64,000 nucleotides of DNA, from NCBI GenBank assembly GCA_004212975.1, contig SHBF01000001.1:2801-66800 (forward strand). The letters run 5' to 3'. Under the pieces are notes generated by a model. It had not been told where the DNA came from. It was given only the letters and a program-made list of their open reading frames with translations, and did not search any database. A program made the translations under genes and the position numbers. The stretch is from SAR86 cluster bacterium (GTDB taxonomy: Bacteria; Pseudomonadota; Gammaproteobacteria; Magnimaribacterales; D2472). Positions 30,746 through 43,039 of the stretch are shown here, piece after piece (positions within the stretch are counted from its first letter, which is position 1; every line of letters begins with the position of its first letter).

Positions 30746-31051
30746 ATGGCAAAAAAATCAATGATAGCAAGAGAAGTCAAAAGAATTAAAACAGTTGAAA
30801 GATTTGCTGAAAAGAGAGCTGCACTAAAGAAAATGATGAATGATCAATCTTTAACTAGTGAGGAAAGGTATGAAGCTAGGATTAAATTTCAGAAGCTTCC
30901 AAGGAATGCTAGCCCATCAAGAGTTGTAAGAAGATGTCAAGTTACAGGGAGGCCACATGCTGTTTACAGAAAGTTTGGCCTAAGTCGAATTAAATTAAGA
31001 GAAGCTGCTATGAGAGGTGACATACCTGGACTAGTAAAATCAAGTTGGTAA
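30746..31051 (+). CDS. rpsN: 30S ribosomal protein S14 (long form)
   Basis: 101 aa, ...[33 protein letters not shown]. Confidence 0.98.
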   Translation: MAKKSMIAREVKRIKTVERFAEKRAALKKMMNDQSLTSEERYEARIKFQKLPRNASPSRVVRRCQVTGRPHAVYRKFGLSRIKLREAAMRGDIPGLVKSSW

Positions 31052-31055
31052 TATT

Positions 31056-31451
31056 ATGAGTTTTCAAGATCCAATATCAGATTGTTTAACAAGGATTAGA
31101 AATGGTCTTATGCGAGGCAAAGATCAGGTGAATATTCCATACTCAAAACTAAAATTTGAATTAGTAAATGTTTTGGTTGATGAGGGCTACCTAAAATCTT
31201 GTGATAAGTCTGAAGAAAATAACAAACCAATAATAGAGGTTGGACTTAAATACTTCAATGAATCGCCAGTTATCAAAGAACTCAAAAGAGTGAGTAAGCC
31301 AAGTTTAAGAAAATATTCTAGTGCTTCAGACTTAGATTCGGTCAAAGGTGGATTAGGTTCATTTATAGTATCAACAAATCAAGGCTTAATGACTGACAGA
31401 GATGCCAAGGCTAAAAATGTTGGTGGTGAAATTTTGTGTGAGGTTTTTTAA
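31056..31451 (+). CDS. rpsH: 30S ribosomal protein S8
   Basis: MSFQDPISDCLTRIRNG... Confidence 0.98.
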   Translation: MSFQDPISDCLTRIRNGLMRGKDQVNIPYSKLKFELVNVLVDEGYLKSCDKSEENNKPIIEVGLKYFNESPVIKELKRVSKPSLRKYSSASDLDSVKGGLGSFIVSTNQGLMTDRDAKAKNVGGEILCEVF

Positions 31452-32002
31452 TGTCAAGAGTAGCAAAAAGTCCAATTAATATTCCTGATAATGTTGAATT
31501 TAGCATTAATGAGAATATTGTTAAGGTCAAAGGAAGCAAAGGAGAACTTGAATTTTCTTTACCTGAATCCGTATCTATTGAGGTGCAGGAAAATGTTATC
31601 AATGTTAAATATGATGAAGCTAATCAACAATCTGTAGCTTTAGCTGGAACAACTAGATCCCTTGTAAATAATATGATTATTGGTGTCTCAGAAGGATTTG
31701 AAAAGAAGTTAGAACTTAAAGGTGTTGGTTACAGAGCAAAAGCCTCAGGTAAATTATTAGAATTAACTCTAGGTTTTTCTCATCCTATAAAATATCAACT
31801 GCCAGAAGAAGTAGATGTTGAGACTCCGTCTCAAACAGAGGTTGTATTAAAAAGCCACAATAAACAAATTTTGGGCCAAGCTGCCGCAGAAATAAGAGCA
31901 TTTAGACCCCCAGAGCCATACAAGGGCAAGGGCGTTAGATATGCTGATGAACAGGTTAAGAGAAAAGAAGCTAAGAAAGCTGCTGGTGCAGGAGCTGCGT
32001 AA
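31451..32002 (+). CDS. rplF: 50S ribosomal protein L6
   Basis: [12 protein letters not shown]..., ...ELKGVGYRA... Confidence 0.98.
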   Translation: MSRVAKSPINIPDNVEFSINENIVKVKGSKGELEFSLPESVSIEVQENVINVKYDEANQQSVALAGTTRSLVNNMIIGVSEGFEKKLELKGVGYRAKASGKLLELTLGFSHPIKYQLPEEVDVETPSQTEVVLKSHNKQILGQAAAEIRAFRPPEPYKGKGVRYADEQVKRKEAKKAAGAGAA

Positions 32003-32349
32003 TGAATATTAAAAATACATCAAGATTGAGAAGAGCAAAGAAAACTAGAGCTAACATAAAAGTTCAAGAGTCTCCTAGATTAACTGTGTTCAGGTCTTCA
32101 AGACATTTTTATGCACAAGTGTTTGATAATCTTGGATCTAAAGTAATTGTTTCGGCTTCCACTGCGGAGAAAGATATTGATGCTAAATCTAATAATCTTG
32201 ATGCAGCAGTTGCAGTTGGTAAAAAAGTAGCTGAAAGAGCGCTAGAAAGTGGAATTAAAAAAGTTGTTTTTGATAGATCAGGTTATAAATATCATGGTCG
32301 CATCAAAGCATTAGCGGACTCTGCAAGAGAAGCAGGATTGGAGTTTTAA
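32002..32349 (+). CDS. rplR: 50S ribosomal protein L18
   Basis: ...[16 protein letters not shown]..., ...[26 protein letters not shown]. Confidence 0.98.
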   Translation: MNIKNTSRLRRAKKTRANIKVQESPRLTVFRSSRHFYAQVFDNLGSKVIVSASTAEKDIDAKSNNLDAAVAVGKKVAERALESGIKKVVFDRSGYKYHGRIKALADSAREAGLEF

Positions 32350-32352
32350 TAT

Positions 32353-32862
32353 ATGAATCAAGAAAATGCAATGAACACTCAGCAAGTGGACGCTCTTGAA
32401 GAAAAGTTAGTTCAAGTTAATAGAGTTGCTAAAGTTGTTAAAGGTGGAAGAATTTTTGGATTTACAGCGCTAACCGTAGTTGGAGATGGTAACGGAAGAG
32501 TTGGTTTTGGAAGAGGCAAAGCTAAAGAAGTTCCAATTGCAATTCAAAAAGCAATGGAAAATGCCAGAAGAAGCATGGTTGAGGTTGAATTAAATAACAC
32601 AACATTATGGTATCCAATAAAAGCAAAACATGGATCAGCTAACGTATACATGCAACCTGCATCTGAAGGTACTGGAATTATTGCTGGAGGAGCTATGAGA
32701 GCTGTTCTTGAATTAGCAGGTGTTCAAAATGTTTTGGCTAAATGTTACGGATCTACAAATCCTGTGAATGTTGTCAGAGCGACTATTAATGCTTTAAGTG
32801 CAATGGAATCCCCTGAGACTGTAGCAGCTCGAAGGGGTAAAAAAGTTGAAGAAATATCATGA
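32353..32862 (+). CDS. rpsE: 30S ribosomal protein S5
   Basis: ...[32 protein letters not shown]... Confidence 0.98.
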   Translation: MNQENAMNTQQVDALEEKLVQVNRVAKVVKGGRIFGFTALTVVGDGNGRVGFGRGKAKEVPIAIQKAMENARRSMVEVELNNTTLWYPIKAKHGSANVYMQPASEGTGIIAGGAMRAVLELAGVQNVLAKCYGSTNPVNVVRATINALSAMESPETVAARRGKKVEEIS

Positions 32863-33047
32863 GTAAAGATAAGACAATCAGCATTAAATTAATTAAAAGT
32901 GGTATTGGAAGAATGGAGAACCATAAACTTTGCATCAAAGGTTTAGGATTTAAAAAACTTAATCAAACTGTAACAGTTTTAGATACCCCAAGTAATAGAG
33001 GGATGATTAATAAAATTTCAGATATGTTAGAAATAACGGAAGATTAA
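32859..33047 (+). CDS. rpmD: 50S ribosomal protein L30
   Basis: 62 aa, ...[25 protein letters not shown]... Confidence 0.95.
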   Translation: MSKDKTISIKLIKSGIGRMENHKLCIKGLGFKKLNQTVTVLDTPSNRGMINKISDMLEITED

Positions 33048-33048
33048 A

Positions 33049-33555
33049 ATGACTAAAGAAACAAAAACTACAATGACCTTGAATTCGCTATCAAGCATTG
33101 GTACTTCTAAAAATAGAAAAAGAGTTGGAAGAGGGATTGGTTCTGGCACTGGAAAAACTGCCGGAAGAGGTCATAAAGGTCAAAAATCAAGATCAGGCGG
33201 CAATATTAGACAAGGGTTTGAGGGTGGACAAATGCCACTTCAGATGAGACTCCCAAAGTTTGGATTCTCTTCTAGAGTTAATAACAATTTCAAAGAAGTT
33301 AATATTAAAAATATAAACGGAATGAAAGTTGTGAACCTAGAGACTCTAAAGGAAAAAAAATTAATAACTAAGTCTGTTAAAAAAGTAAAAATATTTGGTA
33401 ACACAGAAGTTGATTCTAAAATTACTGTTGAAGGAATTTCTCTTTCTAAGGGCGCTAAACAAGCTATTGAAAATGCAGGTGGAAAAGTAGTTGATTTGGA
33501 AAAGAAAAATAATAAAGACACAAAAGATAAATCAAATAGTGAGGATAATGAATAA
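33049..33555 (+). CDS. rplO: 50S ribosomal protein L15 (with short N- and Lys/Asp-rich C-terminal extensions)
   Basis: ...RVGRGIGSGTGKTAGRGHKGQKSRSGG... 168 aa against about 144 in E. coli. Alternative start at ATG 33073. Confidence 0.96.
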   Translation: MTKETKTTMTLNSLSSIGTSKNRKRVGRGIGSGTGKTAGRGHKGQKSRSGGNIRQGFEGGQMPLQMRLPKFGFSSRVNNNFKEVNIKNINGMKVVNLETLKEKKLITKSVKKVKIFGNTEVDSKITVEGISLSKGAKQAIENAGGKVVDLEKKNNKDTKDKSNSEDNE

Positions 33556-33557
33556 AA

Positions 33558-34856
33558 ATGGCTGATCAAGGTAACATGAGCGATCTTTGGAAAAGATTAC
33601 GATTTGTTTTCTTTGCTATTCTTGTATATAGAATTGGATCGCATATACCTATACCAGGAATTGACCCAGACAGATTGGCTTCACTTTTTCAGCAAAATCA
33701 AGGAACAATAATTGAAATGTTTAATTTGTTCTCAGGTGGTGCCTTAGAGAGAATGAGTATATTTGCACTAAACGTAGTCCCCTACATTTCTTCTGCAATT
33801 ATTATGCAACTTTTTTCAAATTCAATTCCATATTTGATTGAGCTTAAAAAAGATGGACAGGCCGGTAGAAATAAAATTACCCAATATACAAGATATGGTA
33901 CAGCCGTCTTAGCTTTAATTCAGGCATCTGCACTTGCAGTCACTCTTTCAGCAAGTGGCCTTGCATATGTTCCAGGAACAGCATTTTTTGTTTCTGCAGT
34001 TTTCTCAGTTGTTGCAGGAACTATGTTTTTAATGTGGTTAGGTGAGCAAGTCTCTGAGAGAGGTATAGGAAATGGAATTTCTATAATTATCGCTACTAGC
34101 ATTTTAACTGGAATACCTGGGGCTATTGGACAAGCTCTAGAACAATCAAGACAAGGTGACTTGAGTATACTTCTTTTAATTGGCATAGGCTTGTTGTCAA
34201 TGGCAGTTATTGCAGTAGTTGTATTTATTGAGAGGGGTCAAAGAAGAATAACTGTTAACTATGCACAAAGACAACAAGGAAGAAGACTGATGCAAGCTCA
34301 GGCAAGTCATTTACCATTTAAAGTCAACATGGCTGGTGTTATACCTGCAATTTTCGCAAGTACTTTTTTACTTTTCCCTGCGTCTTTATCTACATGGTTT
34401 GGAGAATATGAATCCTTAAGTTTTTTGCAAAGTTTTTCATTAGCTCTTAATCCAGGTCAACCACTTTATATATTAGTGTTCGCAGGCTTAATAATTAGCT
34501 TTTGTTTCATTTGGTTAGCTCTTACGTTTAATACTAAAGACGTGTCAGATAACTTAAAGCGTTCAGGTGCTTATATAGCTGGGATTAGGCCAGGTGAACA
34601 AACAGCAAGCTACATTGATTCAGTTTTAGCAAGGTTGACTGTTTTTGGAGCTATCTATTTAACATTAATTTGCTTACTTCCGCTTGCTCTAATTAATTTT
34701 GCTGGAATATCACCAACAATTTCTATTGGGGGCACTTCGGTGTTGATTATTGTTGTAGTGCTTATGGATTTCATGTCACAAGTTCAGTCTCACATGATGT
34801 CCTCCCAGTATGCTTCGTTAATGAAAAAAGCAAATTTAAAAAATTATAGAAGGTAA
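33558..34856 (+). CDS. secY: Preprotein translocase subunit SecY
   Basis: 432 aa polytopic membrane protein, ...[25 protein letters not shown]... Confidence 0.99.
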   Translation: MADQGNMSDLWKRLRFVFFAILVYRIGSHIPIPGIDPDRLASLFQQNQGTIIEMFNLFSGGALERMSIFALNVVPYISSAIIMQLFSNSIPYLIELKKDGQAGRNKITQYTRYGTAVLALIQASALAVTLSASGLAYVPGTAFFVSAVFSVVAGTMFLMWLGEQVSERGIGNGISIIIATSILTGIPGAIGQALEQSRQGDLSILLLIGIGLLSMAVIAVVVFIERGQRRITVNYAQRQQGRRLMQAQASHLPFKVNMAGVIPAIFASTFLLFPASLSTWFGEYESLSFLQSFSLALNPGQPLYILVFAGLIISFCFIWLALTFNTKDVSDNLKRSGAYIAGIRPGEQTASYIDSVLARLTVFGAIYLTLICLLPLALINFAGISPTISIGGTSVLIIVVVLMDFMSQVQSHMMSSQYASLMKKANLKNYRR

Positions 34857-34857
34857 T

Positions 34858-34974
34858 ATGAAAGTAAAAGCATCAGTAAAGAAAATTTGTCGAAATTGCA
34901 AAATTGTAAGGAGAAATGGTGTTCTATATGTAATTTGCAAGACAGATCAAAAACATAAACAGAGGCAAGGATAA
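34858..34974 (+). CDS. rpmJ: 50S ribosomal protein L36 (Zn-ribbon type)
   Basis: Not in the ORF track because it is only 38 aa. My translation gives [38 protein letters not shown]. It starts 1 nt after the secY stop and ends 2 nt before rpsM. Confidence 0.97.
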   Translation: MKVKASVKKICRNCKIVRRNGVLYVICKTDQKHKQRQG

Positions 34975-34976
34975 TT

Positions 34977-35333
34977 ATGGCTAGGATCGCAGGAGTTAAT
35001 GTACCAGAGAATAAACATATTGAAATTTCTCTTACTCATATCTTTGGAATAGGCAGAAAAACAGCTCAAAACATCTGTGTTGATCTTAAGATAGATTACA
35101 CAAGAAAAATTTCAGACCTAAGTGAAGAAGAAATTGAAAACATAAGAAATGCAATTGGTAATTATGTTGTTGAGGGAGATCTTAGAAGAAATATAAGTAC
35201 CAATATTAAGAGATTACAAGATTTAGCAAGTTATAGAGGTATTAGACATAGAAGAAAGCTTCCTACTAGAGGACAGAATACAAAAAATAATGCAAGAACT
35301 AGAAAAGGTCCTAAAAAACCAATGAGAGGATAA
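34977..35333 (+). CDS. rpsM: 30S ribosomal protein S13
   Basis: [14 protein letters not shown]... Confidence 0.99.
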   Translation: MARIAGVNVPENKHIEISLTHIFGIGRKTAQNICVDLKIDYTRKISDLSEEEIENIRNAIGNYVVEGDLRRNISTNIKRLQDLASYRGIRHRRKLPTRGQNTKNNARTRKGPKKPMRG

Positions 35334-35335
35334 TT

Positions 35336-35713
35336 ATGGCAGCAAAAGGAAAGAAGAATAAAAAAGTTGTGACTGACGGAGTGGCTCACATTCATTCCTC
35401 CTTTAACAATACTATTGTTACTATTACTGATAAACAAGGTAACACAATTTGTTGGGCAACTTCAGGAGGATCAGGCTTTAAGGGTTCAAGAAAAAGTACT
35501 CCGTTTGCGGCTCAGATTGCTGCTGATAAAGCTGGCAACGCGGCTAAAGAGTTTGGAATGATAAATCTTGATGTAAAAGTAAAAGGACCAGGTGGCGGAA
35601 GGGAGTCTGCTATTAGATCACTTAATGCATGTGGTTTAAAAATAAAAAGCATAACTGATGTAACACCACTTCCTCATAACGGATGCAGACCATCTAAAAA
35701 AAGAAGAGTATAA
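35336..35713 (+). CDS. rpsK: 30S ribosomal protein S11
   Basis: ...[22 protein letters not shown]... Confidence 0.99.
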   Translation: MAAKGKKNKKVVTDGVAHIHSSFNNTIVTITDKQGNTICWATSGGSGFKGSRKSTPFAAQIAADKAGNAAKEFGMINLDVKVKGPGGGRESAIRSLNACGLKIKSITDVTPLPHNGCRPSKKRRV

Positions 35714-35724
35714 CGGAGAAATAA

Positions 35725-36345
35725 ATGGCTAGATATAGAGGACCATCACTAAGACTTTCGCGAAGAGAGGGCACAGACCTGTTACTAAAAAGTGGAGTTA
35801 GAGCAATTGAATCTAAGTGCAACATGGATACACTTCCTGGCGTTCATGGAGCTAGAAGGGGAAGGTTATCGGATTATGGACTCCAATTAAGAGAAAAGCA
35901 GAAAGTTAGAAGAATGTATGGCATTTTAGAAAAGCAATTCAGAAATTATTATAAAAAAGCTGCTTCCTCAAAAGGAAATACTGGGGAAAATCTTTTATCT
36001 CTTTTAGAAAAAAGATTAGATAATGTTGTTTATAGAATGGGTTTTGGTTCAACAAGAGCTGAAGCTCGTCAAATGGTATCTCACAAAGCATTTATGGTTA
36101 ATGGAAAGGTTGTGAACATAGCTTCATATCAGGTTCAACCTGGAGATGAAATTGAAGTAAGAGAATCAAAAAGAGGTCACTTGAGGATTGCAGCAGCTCT
36201 TAAGATTGCTGCAACAAGGGAAGAATGTGACTGGATTGAGGTAGATGATAAAAATTTTAAAGGGGTATTTAAATCAGTTCCTGATAGGACTGATCTAAGT
36301 ACAGAAATTAACGAAAATCTTATTGTTGAGCTTTACTCAAAATAA
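35725..36345 (+). CDS. rpsD: 30S ribosomal protein S4
   Basis: [19 protein letters not shown]... Confidence 0.99.
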   Translation: MARYRGPSLRLSRREGTDLLLKSGVRAIESKCNMDTLPGVHGARRGRLSDYGLQLREKQKVRRMYGILEKQFRNYYKKAASSKGNTGENLLSLLEKRLDNVVYRMGFGSTRAEARQMVSHKAFMVNGKVVNIASYQVQPGDEIEVRESKRGHLRIAAALKIAATREECDWIEVDDKNFKGVFKSVPDRTDLSTEINENLIVELYSK

Positions 36346-36367
36346 AAGTATAAAGGCGGAGAAAATT

Positions 36368-37333
36368 ATGCAAACATCAGTAATAGATCTATTAGTACCA
36401 ACCGAAATTCAGGTTGATGATGTCTCACCAACATTATCAAAGGTAACACTTGAGCCATTGGAAAGAGGTTTTGGACATACACTCGGAAATGCTCTAAGAA
36501 GAATATTACTTTCCTCAATGCCTGGTGCTGCTGTGACAGACGTCGCAATTGATGGAATATCTCATGAATATAGCACTATCGAAGGAGTAAGAGAGGATGT
36601 AATAGATATTCTTTTAAATATTAAAGACATGCCTATAAATCTAATTGAAGGAGACTCAGCTGAAGTAACACTTGATGTAAAAGGTCCTTGTGACGTATTA
36701 GCTTCATCCTTTGATGTACCTGGAAATCTAGAGCTTGTTAATCAAGATTTTCATATCGCAACTATTGTTGATAAGGTTAATCTCAAAATGACTTTAACTG
36801 TTAGAATTGGAAGAGGCTATGAGCCAGCTGACTTGAGAGAAGACGAAGATAGGGTAGTTGGAGCTCTTAAAGTGGACGCATCATATAGCCCTGTTAGAAG
36901 AGTTTCTTACACAGTTGATAACGCAAGATCTGGAAAAAGAACTGACTTAGATAAATTAGTATTAGAGCTTGAAACTGATGGCACATTAGATCCAAAGATG
37001 GCAATAGAACACTCTGCTACAATTCTGCAACAGCAGCTTGGTGCGTTTGTTGATCTAGATGCAATAGCAGAACAAGAGGCTAAAAAAGATCAAAATGACT
37101 TTGATCCAATCTTATTAAGATCGATTGAAGAGCTTGAGCTAACAGTAAGATCTACTAATTGTCTCAAAGCAGAGAGCATTTTTCTTATAGGTGACCTAAT
37201 TCATAGATCTGAGTTTGATTTATTAAAAACTCCAAATCTAGGTAAGAAATCCTTAAATGAAATTAAAGATGTTTTAGCTTCTAAAGATTTATCGCTTGGT
37301 ATGAATGTTGAAAACTGGCCTCCAGTAGGATAA
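36368..37333 (+). CDS. rpoA: DNA-directed RNA polymerase subunit alpha
   Basis: Start moved to ATG 36368 (MQTSVIDLL...) after a GGCGGAG RBS. The track start at 36323 is a TTG inside rpsD. ...[23 protein letters not shown]... Confidence 0.98.
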   Translation: MQTSVIDLLVPTEIQVDDVSPTLSKVTLEPLERGFGHTLGNALRRILLSSMPGAAVTDVAIDGISHEYSTIEGVREDVIDILLNIKDMPINLIEGDSAEVTLDVKGPCDVLASSFDVPGNLELVNQDFHIATIVDKVNLKMTLTVRIGRGYEPADLREDEDRVVGALKVDASYSPVRRVSYTVDNARSGKRTDLDKLVLELETDGTLDPKMAIEHSATILQQQLGAFVDLDAIAEQEAKKDQNDFDPILLRSIEELELTVRSTNCLKAESIFLIGDLIHRSEFDLLKTPNLGKKSLNEIKDVLASKDLSLGMNVENWPPVG

Positions 37334-37337
37334 AAAA

Positions 37338-37754
37338 ATGAGACATAAAAAATCTGGAAGAAAATTAAATAGAAATTCAGCTCACAGAAAAGCTTTATTC
37401 AAGAATCTTGCTATTGCTTTGATTGAGAGGGATATTATTAAAACGACTCTTCCAAAAGCAAAAGAGCTGAGAAGGTTTATAGAGCCACTAATAACGATTA
37501 GCAAAAATGATACAGTTGCAAATAGAAGACATGTATTTAATAAACTTAGATCTGATTCTGCTGTTGCAAAGCTTTTTACTGAAGTTTCGTTAAACTCAAA
37601 AGATCGTAAAGGTGGTTACACTCGCATAATAAAAGCTGGATTCAGGCCTGGAGATAAAGCTGACATGGCCTATATTGAACTTGTAGATAGAAAACTTGAA
37701 GAGGAATTAGAGTCTGCTGAGCCAGAGTTAAAGGAAGAGGAAACAGCAGCTTAA
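37338..37754 (+). CDS. rplQ: 50S ribosomal protein L17
   Basis: [19 protein letters not shown]... Confidence 0.98.
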   Translation: MRHKKSGRKLNRNSAHRKALFKNLAIALIERDIIKTTLPKAKELRRFIEPLITISKNDTVANRRHVFNKLRSDSAVAKLFTEVSLNSKDRKGGYTRIIKAGFRPGDKADMAYIELVDRKLEEELESAEPELKEEETAA

Positions 37755-40570
37755 CTCAAAACATCTTTTAAAAACTTTCCAGTAAAAGACTTTTTGACTT
37801 TAGCAACATCCTCAGGTGTTCCTATTGCAACAATTTCACCCCCATCAGAACCTCCTTCTGGACCAAGATCAATAATCCAGTCTGCTGTTTTAACAACATC
37901 AAGATTATGTTCAATCACAACTACAGTATTTCCTTGTTCTTTTAAGCGACCGAGAACCTTTAATAGAAGTTCTATGTCTGCAAAATGTAATCCAGTTGTA
38001 GGTTCATCCAATACGAAAAGTGTTTTACCAGTGCTTCTTTTTGACAATTCTTTTGCAAGTTTAATTCTTTGAGCCTCTCCTCCTGATAGCGTCAAAGCAG
38101 ATTGACCAAGTGTAATGTATCCAAGACCTACGTCATTGAGCGTCAGTAACTTTTTCTTTATTGCTGGATGCGCATCAAAAAAATTCAAAGAATCTTCAAC
38201 TGTCATATCTAAAATATCACTAATATTTTTATCTTTGTATTTTATTTCTAGTGTTTGTTCGTTATATCTCTTTCCATCACAAATATCACATTTAACATAA
38301 ACATCGGCAAGGAAATGCATTTCAACCTTAATCATGCCATCGCCTTGACATGCCTCACACCTTCCTCCTTTAACATTAAAACTAAACCTACCAGGCTTAT
38401 ATCCTCTTGAACGAGCTTCTACTGTTTGTGATAAAAGATCTCTGATATGCGAAAAAAGCCCTGTATAAGTTGCAGGATTAGATCTTGGGGTTCTTCCAAT
38501 AGGAGATTGGTCAATATTTATTACCTTATCAAGATATTCTAGCCCCTCAATTTTTTCACATTTTATTTCTTTTGAAAGCTTTGATTTATTTAGAAAAAAT
38601 GAACTTATTGGCAGAAGAGTTTGGTTTATCAGTGAAGATTTTCCAGATCCTGATACTCCTGTAATACATGTAAATAGGCCTACTGGAATATCTACAGAAA
38701 CCTTTTTTAAATTGTTCTCGAAAGCCTCAACTATTTTTATTTTTTCGTTTTTTATTTCTAATCTTTTTTTAGGTACTTTGATTTTCCTTTCACCTGATAA
38801 ATATTTTGCAGTTATAGAATTTTTACTTTTTAAAATAGCATCAATATTTCCTTGGGCACATATTTCACCACCATGCATACCAGCTCCAGGACCTATATCA
38901 ATTATATGATCAGCAGATCTGATTGCCTCCTCATCGTGCTCAACAATAATCACAGTATTTCCAAGTTCTTTAAGATTATTTAATGTTCTTATCAGTTTTG
39001 TGTTATCTCTTTGATGAAGACCTATTGACGGCTCATCTAGGACATATGTCACTCCTACAAGACCAGAACCAATTTGACTTGCTAATCTAATTCGTTGAGC
39101 TTCACCGCCTGACAATGTTTCAGCACTTCTATCAAGTGTAAGATAGCTAAGTCCAACATCTTTTAGAAAAGTTAATCTATCTGTGATTTCCTTCACAATC
39201 TTTTCGGCAATTTTTTCTTTTGAACCCTCTAACCTCATATTTTTGATGAAGTTTAAACAATCACTAATTTTCATCGAAGTAATATTGTGAATTTGAGTAT
39301 TATTTATAAAAACATTACGGGCGTATGTATTCAATCTGGATCCATCGCATTCATCACAAATGCTCTCTGAGGTTAACTTTGAGAGCTCTTCTCGTATGTA
39401 CTCAGAATCTGTTTCTTTAAATCTTCGTTCTGTAGAAGGTAAAATGCCTTCAAACCTATGCTTTCTTATAATTCTGCTCCCACTTCTAAACCTATGAGAG
39501 AAATCAATTTTTTCTTTAGTACCCCATAAAATAATATCTTTAATTTTTTGTGGATAATCTTTCCATTTGGTAGTTAGTGAAAAATCAAAATGATTGCTCA
39601 AACATCTAAGTTGGTAATAATAAAATCTATTCCTTCTTGTCCAGCCTTTAATTGCGCCATTTGCAATCGAAACTTCATCATCTTGAATTAACTTCTTCTC
39701 ACTAAAAAATTGAATCACACCCAGGCCATCACATCGGGGACATGCTCCATGAGGATTGTTAAAAGAAAATATTCTTGGCTCAAGCTCAGGAATTGAGTAT
39801 CCACATTGTGAACAAGAAAAATTAGATGAATATAAATGAACATAATTTGAATCGATTTCTTCCACCTCGATCAATCCTTCAGATAATATCAAAGACGTTT
39901 CTATAGATTCAGATATACGTGATCTAATATCATTCCCAGGCTTAATGACTAATCTGTCTATAACAGCCGAGATATTATGTTTCTTATTTTTTTCTAGGCT
40001 GGGAAACTCTTCGATGGGATAAACTACATCATTGACTTTAACTCTGACGTAGCCGCTTTTACGAAGATCCTCATATATTCCTAAATGTTCACCTTTTTTA
40101 TCTCTAATGATAGGCGACATTATCATTATCTTTGTGCCTTGTTTTAGTTTAAGAATCTCATCACAGATTTCTGATACAGTTTTTGCACTTAGTTCCTCAT
40201 CATGATCTGGACATTTTGGGGTGCCAATTCTTGAGTACAAAAGTCTAAGGTAATCATAAATTTCTGTAACCGTACCTACTGTTGATCTTGGATTATGAGA
40301 TGTGGCTTTTTGTTCTATTGATATAGCTGGTGAGAGGCCTTCAATCTGATCAACATCAGGCTTTTCCATCATAGATAAAAATCTTCTTGCATAGGTTGAT
40401 AATGATTCTACATAACGTCTTTGACCTTCGGCATATAAGGTATCAAAAGCAAGAGAGGACTTACCTGAACCAGAAAGTCCTGTTATAACTATGATTTTAT
40501 TTCTAGGTATTTCGAGATTAATATTCTTTAGATTATGTGTTCTCGCACCTTTTATAATAATACTATCCAT
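37751..40570 (-). CDS. uvrA: Excinuclease ABC subunit A
   Basis: 939 aa, two ABC modules ([28 protein letters not shown]) and Cys-cluster zinc fingers. Confidence 0.99.
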   Translation of the reverse strand: MDSIIIKGARTHNLKNINLEIPRNKIIVITGLSGSGKSSLAFDTLYAEGQRRYVESLSTYARRFLSMMEKPDVDQIEGLSPAISIEQKATSHNPRSTVGTVTEIYDYLRLLYSRIGTPKCPDHDEELSAKTVSEICDEILKLKQGTKIMIMSPIIRDKKGEHLGIYEDLRKSGYVRVKVNDVVYPIEEFPSLEKNKKHNISAVIDRLVIKPGNDIRSRISESIETSLILSEGLIEVEEIDSNYVHLYSSNFSCSQCGYSIPELEPRIFSFNNPHGACPRCDGLGVIQFFSEKKLIQDDEVSIANGAIKGWTRRNRFYYYQLRCLSNHFDFSLTTKWKDYPQKIKDIILWGTKEKIDFSHRFRSGSRIIRKHRFEGILPSTERRFKETDSEYIREELSKLTSESICDECDGSRLNTYARNVFINNTQIHNITSMKISDCLNFIKNMRLEGSKEKIAEKIVKEITDRLTFLKDVGLSYLTLDRSAETLSGGEAQRIRLASQIGSGLVGVTYVLDEPSIGLHQRDNTKLIRTLNNLKELGNTVIIVEHDEEAIRSADHIIDIGPGAGMHGGEICAQGNIDAILKSKNSITAKYLSGERKIKVPKKRLEIKNEKIKIVEAFENNLKKVSVDIPVGLFTCITGVSGSGKSSLINQTLLPISSFFLNKSKLSKEIKCEKIEGLEYLDKVINIDQSPIGRTPRSNPATYTGLFSHIRDLLSQTVEARSRGYKPGRFSFNVKGGRCEACQGDGMIKVEMHFLADVYVKCDICDGKRYNEQTLEIKYKDKNISDILDMTVEDSLNFFDAHPAIKKKLLTLNDVGLGYITLGQSALTLSGGEAQRIKLAKELSKRSTGKTLFVLDEPTTGLHFADIELLLKVLGRLKEQGNTVVVIEHNLDVVKTADWIIDLGPEGGSDGGEIVAIGTPEDVAKVKKSFTGKFLKDVLS

Positions 40571-40637
40571 TGAATTAAAAATTCCGTGATGAAAAAATTA
40601 AATTAGGTTAAACTTTTACATATTATAAGAGGTAATT

Positions 40638-41075
40638 ATGAGCAGAGGAGTAAATAAAGTAATTTTAGTTGGTAATTTAGGACAAAAGCCAGAAATGAGA
40701 TATACAGCTACACAAACAGCTGTAGCAAACCTTTCTATAGCAACCACTGAATCATGGAAGGATAAAGAAAGTGGTGAAAATAGGGATAAGACTGAATGGC
40801 ATAAAGTTGTATTTTTTGGTAATTTGGCTGAGATCGCTGAGAAGTATTTAGACAAAGGTTCGAGTGTCTATGTTGAAGGAAAAATTCAAACAAGAAAATG
40901 GCAAGATAAAGATGGTAATGATAGATACACAACTGAAGTTTTAGGCAATCAACTTACAATGCTTGGTTCAAGAGGGTCATCTGATAACTCAAATCAAATG
41001 GAAAGCTCTTCTGATACACCTTTCCCCGAGGATGATAGTGGAGAAGGCCTCACGGATGACGATATTCCATTCTAG
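40638..41075 (+). CDS. ssb: Single-stranded DNA-binding protein
   Basis: ...[16 protein letters not shown]... OB fold and acidic C-terminal tip DDDIPF. Divergent from uvrA as in E. coli. Confidence 0.98.
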   Translation: MSRGVNKVILVGNLGQKPEMRYTATQTAVANLSIATTESWKDKESGENRDKTEWHKVVFFGNLAEIAEKYLDKGSSVYVEGKIQTRKWQDKDGNDRYTTEVLGNQLTMLGSRGSSDNSNQMESSSDTPFPEDDSGEGLTDDDIPF

Positions 41076-41084
41076 TATTAAATT

Positions 41085-41957
41085 TTGTTGAAAGAATATA
41101 AAACCATCCTTCTTGACGAAGTTGATTCAGTTGCAATATTAAAACTTAATAGACCAGAAAAGTTAAATGCTTTTAATATGCAGATGTTTGATGACATGCT
41201 CGATGCAATCGATCTTGTTAATAATAATGACAATATCAAATCGCTTGTAATTACTGGTTCTGGCAGAGCTTTTTGTGCAGGAGCAGACTTATCCTTTGGA
41301 GAGAAAACTTTTGATAAAGAATTTGATACTAAAGGACAATTTGAATCAGATTATAGGAGAGATGCTGGAGGTATATTAAATCTAAAAATCTATAATTCTT
41401 TAAAGCCTGTGATTGCAGCATGTAACGGAGACGCTGTGGGTGTTGGGGCAACAATGCAATTGCCAGCGGATGTAAGAATTGCTACAACTAATTCAAGATT
41501 TGGTTTTGTTTTTGCTAAGAGAGGTATTGTTCCTGATGGTTGTGCTAGCTGGTTTTTGCCTAAAATTGTGGGAATTCAAAATGCGCTTGAATTGTGTTAC
41601 TCGGGCGAGATTATAGATGCTCAAAAAGCTTCAAAAATTGGATTAGTAAATTATTTAGTTGATGAAGATAAATTACTTAATAAAGCTATTGAAATATCTA
41701 ATTTATTCTTTGATTCAAGTGCCCCTGTGTCAGTTGCAATGACGCGACACATGCTTTGGTCATTATCGGCAGACGATAGTCCTGAAAATGCACATATTGT
41801 TGAAAGTAAGTTGATTGATTCAAGAGGAGCTTCGGATGATGCAAAAGAGGGAGTAATGTCATTTTTAGAGAAAAGACAACCAGACTTTAAGAATAAGATT
41901 TCTTCTGATTTACCAAAAGACTTCCCATGGAGAAAATCAAAGTTTGATAAAAAATAA
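41085..41957 (+). CDS. Enoyl-CoA hydratase/isomerase (crotonase) family protein
   Basis: ...ITGSGRAFCAGADL... oxyanion-hole region. TTG start (41085 or 41088), with no ATG nearby. Confidence 0.85.
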   Translation: MLKEYKTILLDEVDSVAILKLNRPEKLNAFNMQMFDDMLDAIDLVNNNDNIKSLVITGSGRAFCAGADLSFGEKTFDKEFDTKGQFESDYRRDAGGILNLKIYNSLKPVIAACNGDAVGVGATMQLPADVRIATTNSRFGFVFAKRGIVPDGCASWFLPKIVGIQNALELCYSGEIIDAQKASKIGLVNYLVDEDKLLNKAIEISNLFFDSSAPVSVAMTRHMLWSLSADDSPENAHIVESKLIDSRGASDDAKEGVMSFLEKRQPDFKNKISSDLPKDFPWRKSKFDKK

Positions 41958-41959
41958 AT

Positions 41960-43039
41960 ATGATCTTTGAAAATTACAAACTTAAAAATATTACTCTTAG
42001 AAATAGAATTGTAATGGCGCCTATGACTAGAAATCAGTCTCCTGGAGGGATTCCCACGCAGGAGGTGGTTGCCTATTATTCTAGGCGAGCAAAAGCAGAA
42101 GTTGGGTTGATTATTACAGAGGGAATTGAAGTAAGTCATAAGGCTTCAAGTGCATATCCAAATGTTCCTAGATTAGATAGTAATGAGGCTAAAGAAGCGT
42201 GGAAAAAGGTCGTAGAGGGAATTAAAAATAACAATGGGGCAGTTATTGCACAATTATGGCATTGTGGTGGTTTTAGAAAGCTAGGCATGCAACCAAATCC
42301 TGAAGTACCTGGTCATACAGCCTCTGGACTTGTAAAACCTGGTAAAAAAGTAGCTCATGAGATGACTTTAAATGATATCAAAGAAACAATTGATGCTTAC
42401 GCATCAGATGCAAAGATATGTGAAGAGATTGGATTTGATGGAGTTGAAATACATGGAGCTCATGGTTACTTGATAGATAATTTTTTTTGGAGCGGTACAA
42501 ATATTCGTGAAGATGAATATGGAGGCTCAATAGAAAATCGCTCACAATTTGTTTCAGATATTATTAAATCTGTTAGAGAGAATGTCAGTGAAAATTTTAT
42601 TGTTGGCTTAAGATTTTCTCAATGGAAGCAACATGACTTTGAAGCTAAACTTGCATCTAATCCTGAAGAACTTAAAACAATTCTTACTTCACCTGTAGAA
42701 TCTGGCTTGGATTATTTACATTCAAGCATGAGAAGGTTCTGGGAAAGCGAATTTACAGGCTCAAAGGAAAACCTAGCCTATTGGACTAAGAAAATAACAA
42801 AGATCCCAACGATTGGTGTTGGCAGCGTAGGACTGGATTCAGATTTTATTGATATGACTGCACCAGCAACACCAACAAGTATTGACAAAGCAATAGACGA
42901 AATTACGAATGACAAATATGATCTTATAGCAGTTGGCAGAGCATTATTATCTGATCATGAATGGGTTTTAAAGATGAGGGAAGGTAGAGTTAACGATGTT
43001 ATTCCGTATACAAAAGACGCATTGCTAAATCTTTATTGA
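41960..43039 (+). CDS. NADH:flavin oxidoreductase, Old Yellow Enzyme family
   Basis: ...[13 protein letters not shown]..., ...[14 protein letters not shown]... Confidence 0.88.
   Translation: MIFENYKLKNITLRNRIVMAPMTRNQSPGGIPTQEVVAYYSRRAKAEVGLIITEGIEVSHKASSAYPNVPRLDSNEAKEAWKKVVEGIKNNNGAVIAQLWHCGGFRKLGMQPNPEVPGHTASGLVKPGKKVAHEMTLNDIKETIDAYASDAKICEEIGFDGVEIHGAHGYLIDNFFWSGTNIREDEYGGSIENRSQFVSDIIKSVRENVSENFIVGLRFSQWKQHDFEAKLASNPEELKTILTSPVESGLDYLHSSMRRFWESEFTGSKENLAYWTKKITKIPTIGVGSVGLDSDFIDMTAPATPTSIDKAIDEITNDKYDLIAVGRALLSDHEWVLKMREGRVNDVIPYTKDALLNLY

Noticed and set aside
33049-33072. Alternative rplO start at ATG 33073 (MTLNSLSS...), which aligns better with the E. coli L15 N-terminus.
   Set aside because: I kept 33049 because it lies 1 nt after the rpmD stop and has a GGAAG SD-like element upstream, while 33073 has none. 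This remains uncertain.
40571-40637. I searched the divergent uvrA-ssb intergenic region for a LexA/SOS box (CTGT-N8-ACAG), as found at this locus in E. coli.
   Set aside because: No CTGT or ACAG half-site is present in the 67 nt, so no SOS box can be called. Absence of LexA control cannot be concluded from this window alone.
41651-42139. 162-aa minus-strand ORF spanning the crotonase/OYE junction.
   Set aside because: It is antisense to two genes with clear family motifs. The sequence is low in complexity and has no recognisable domain.
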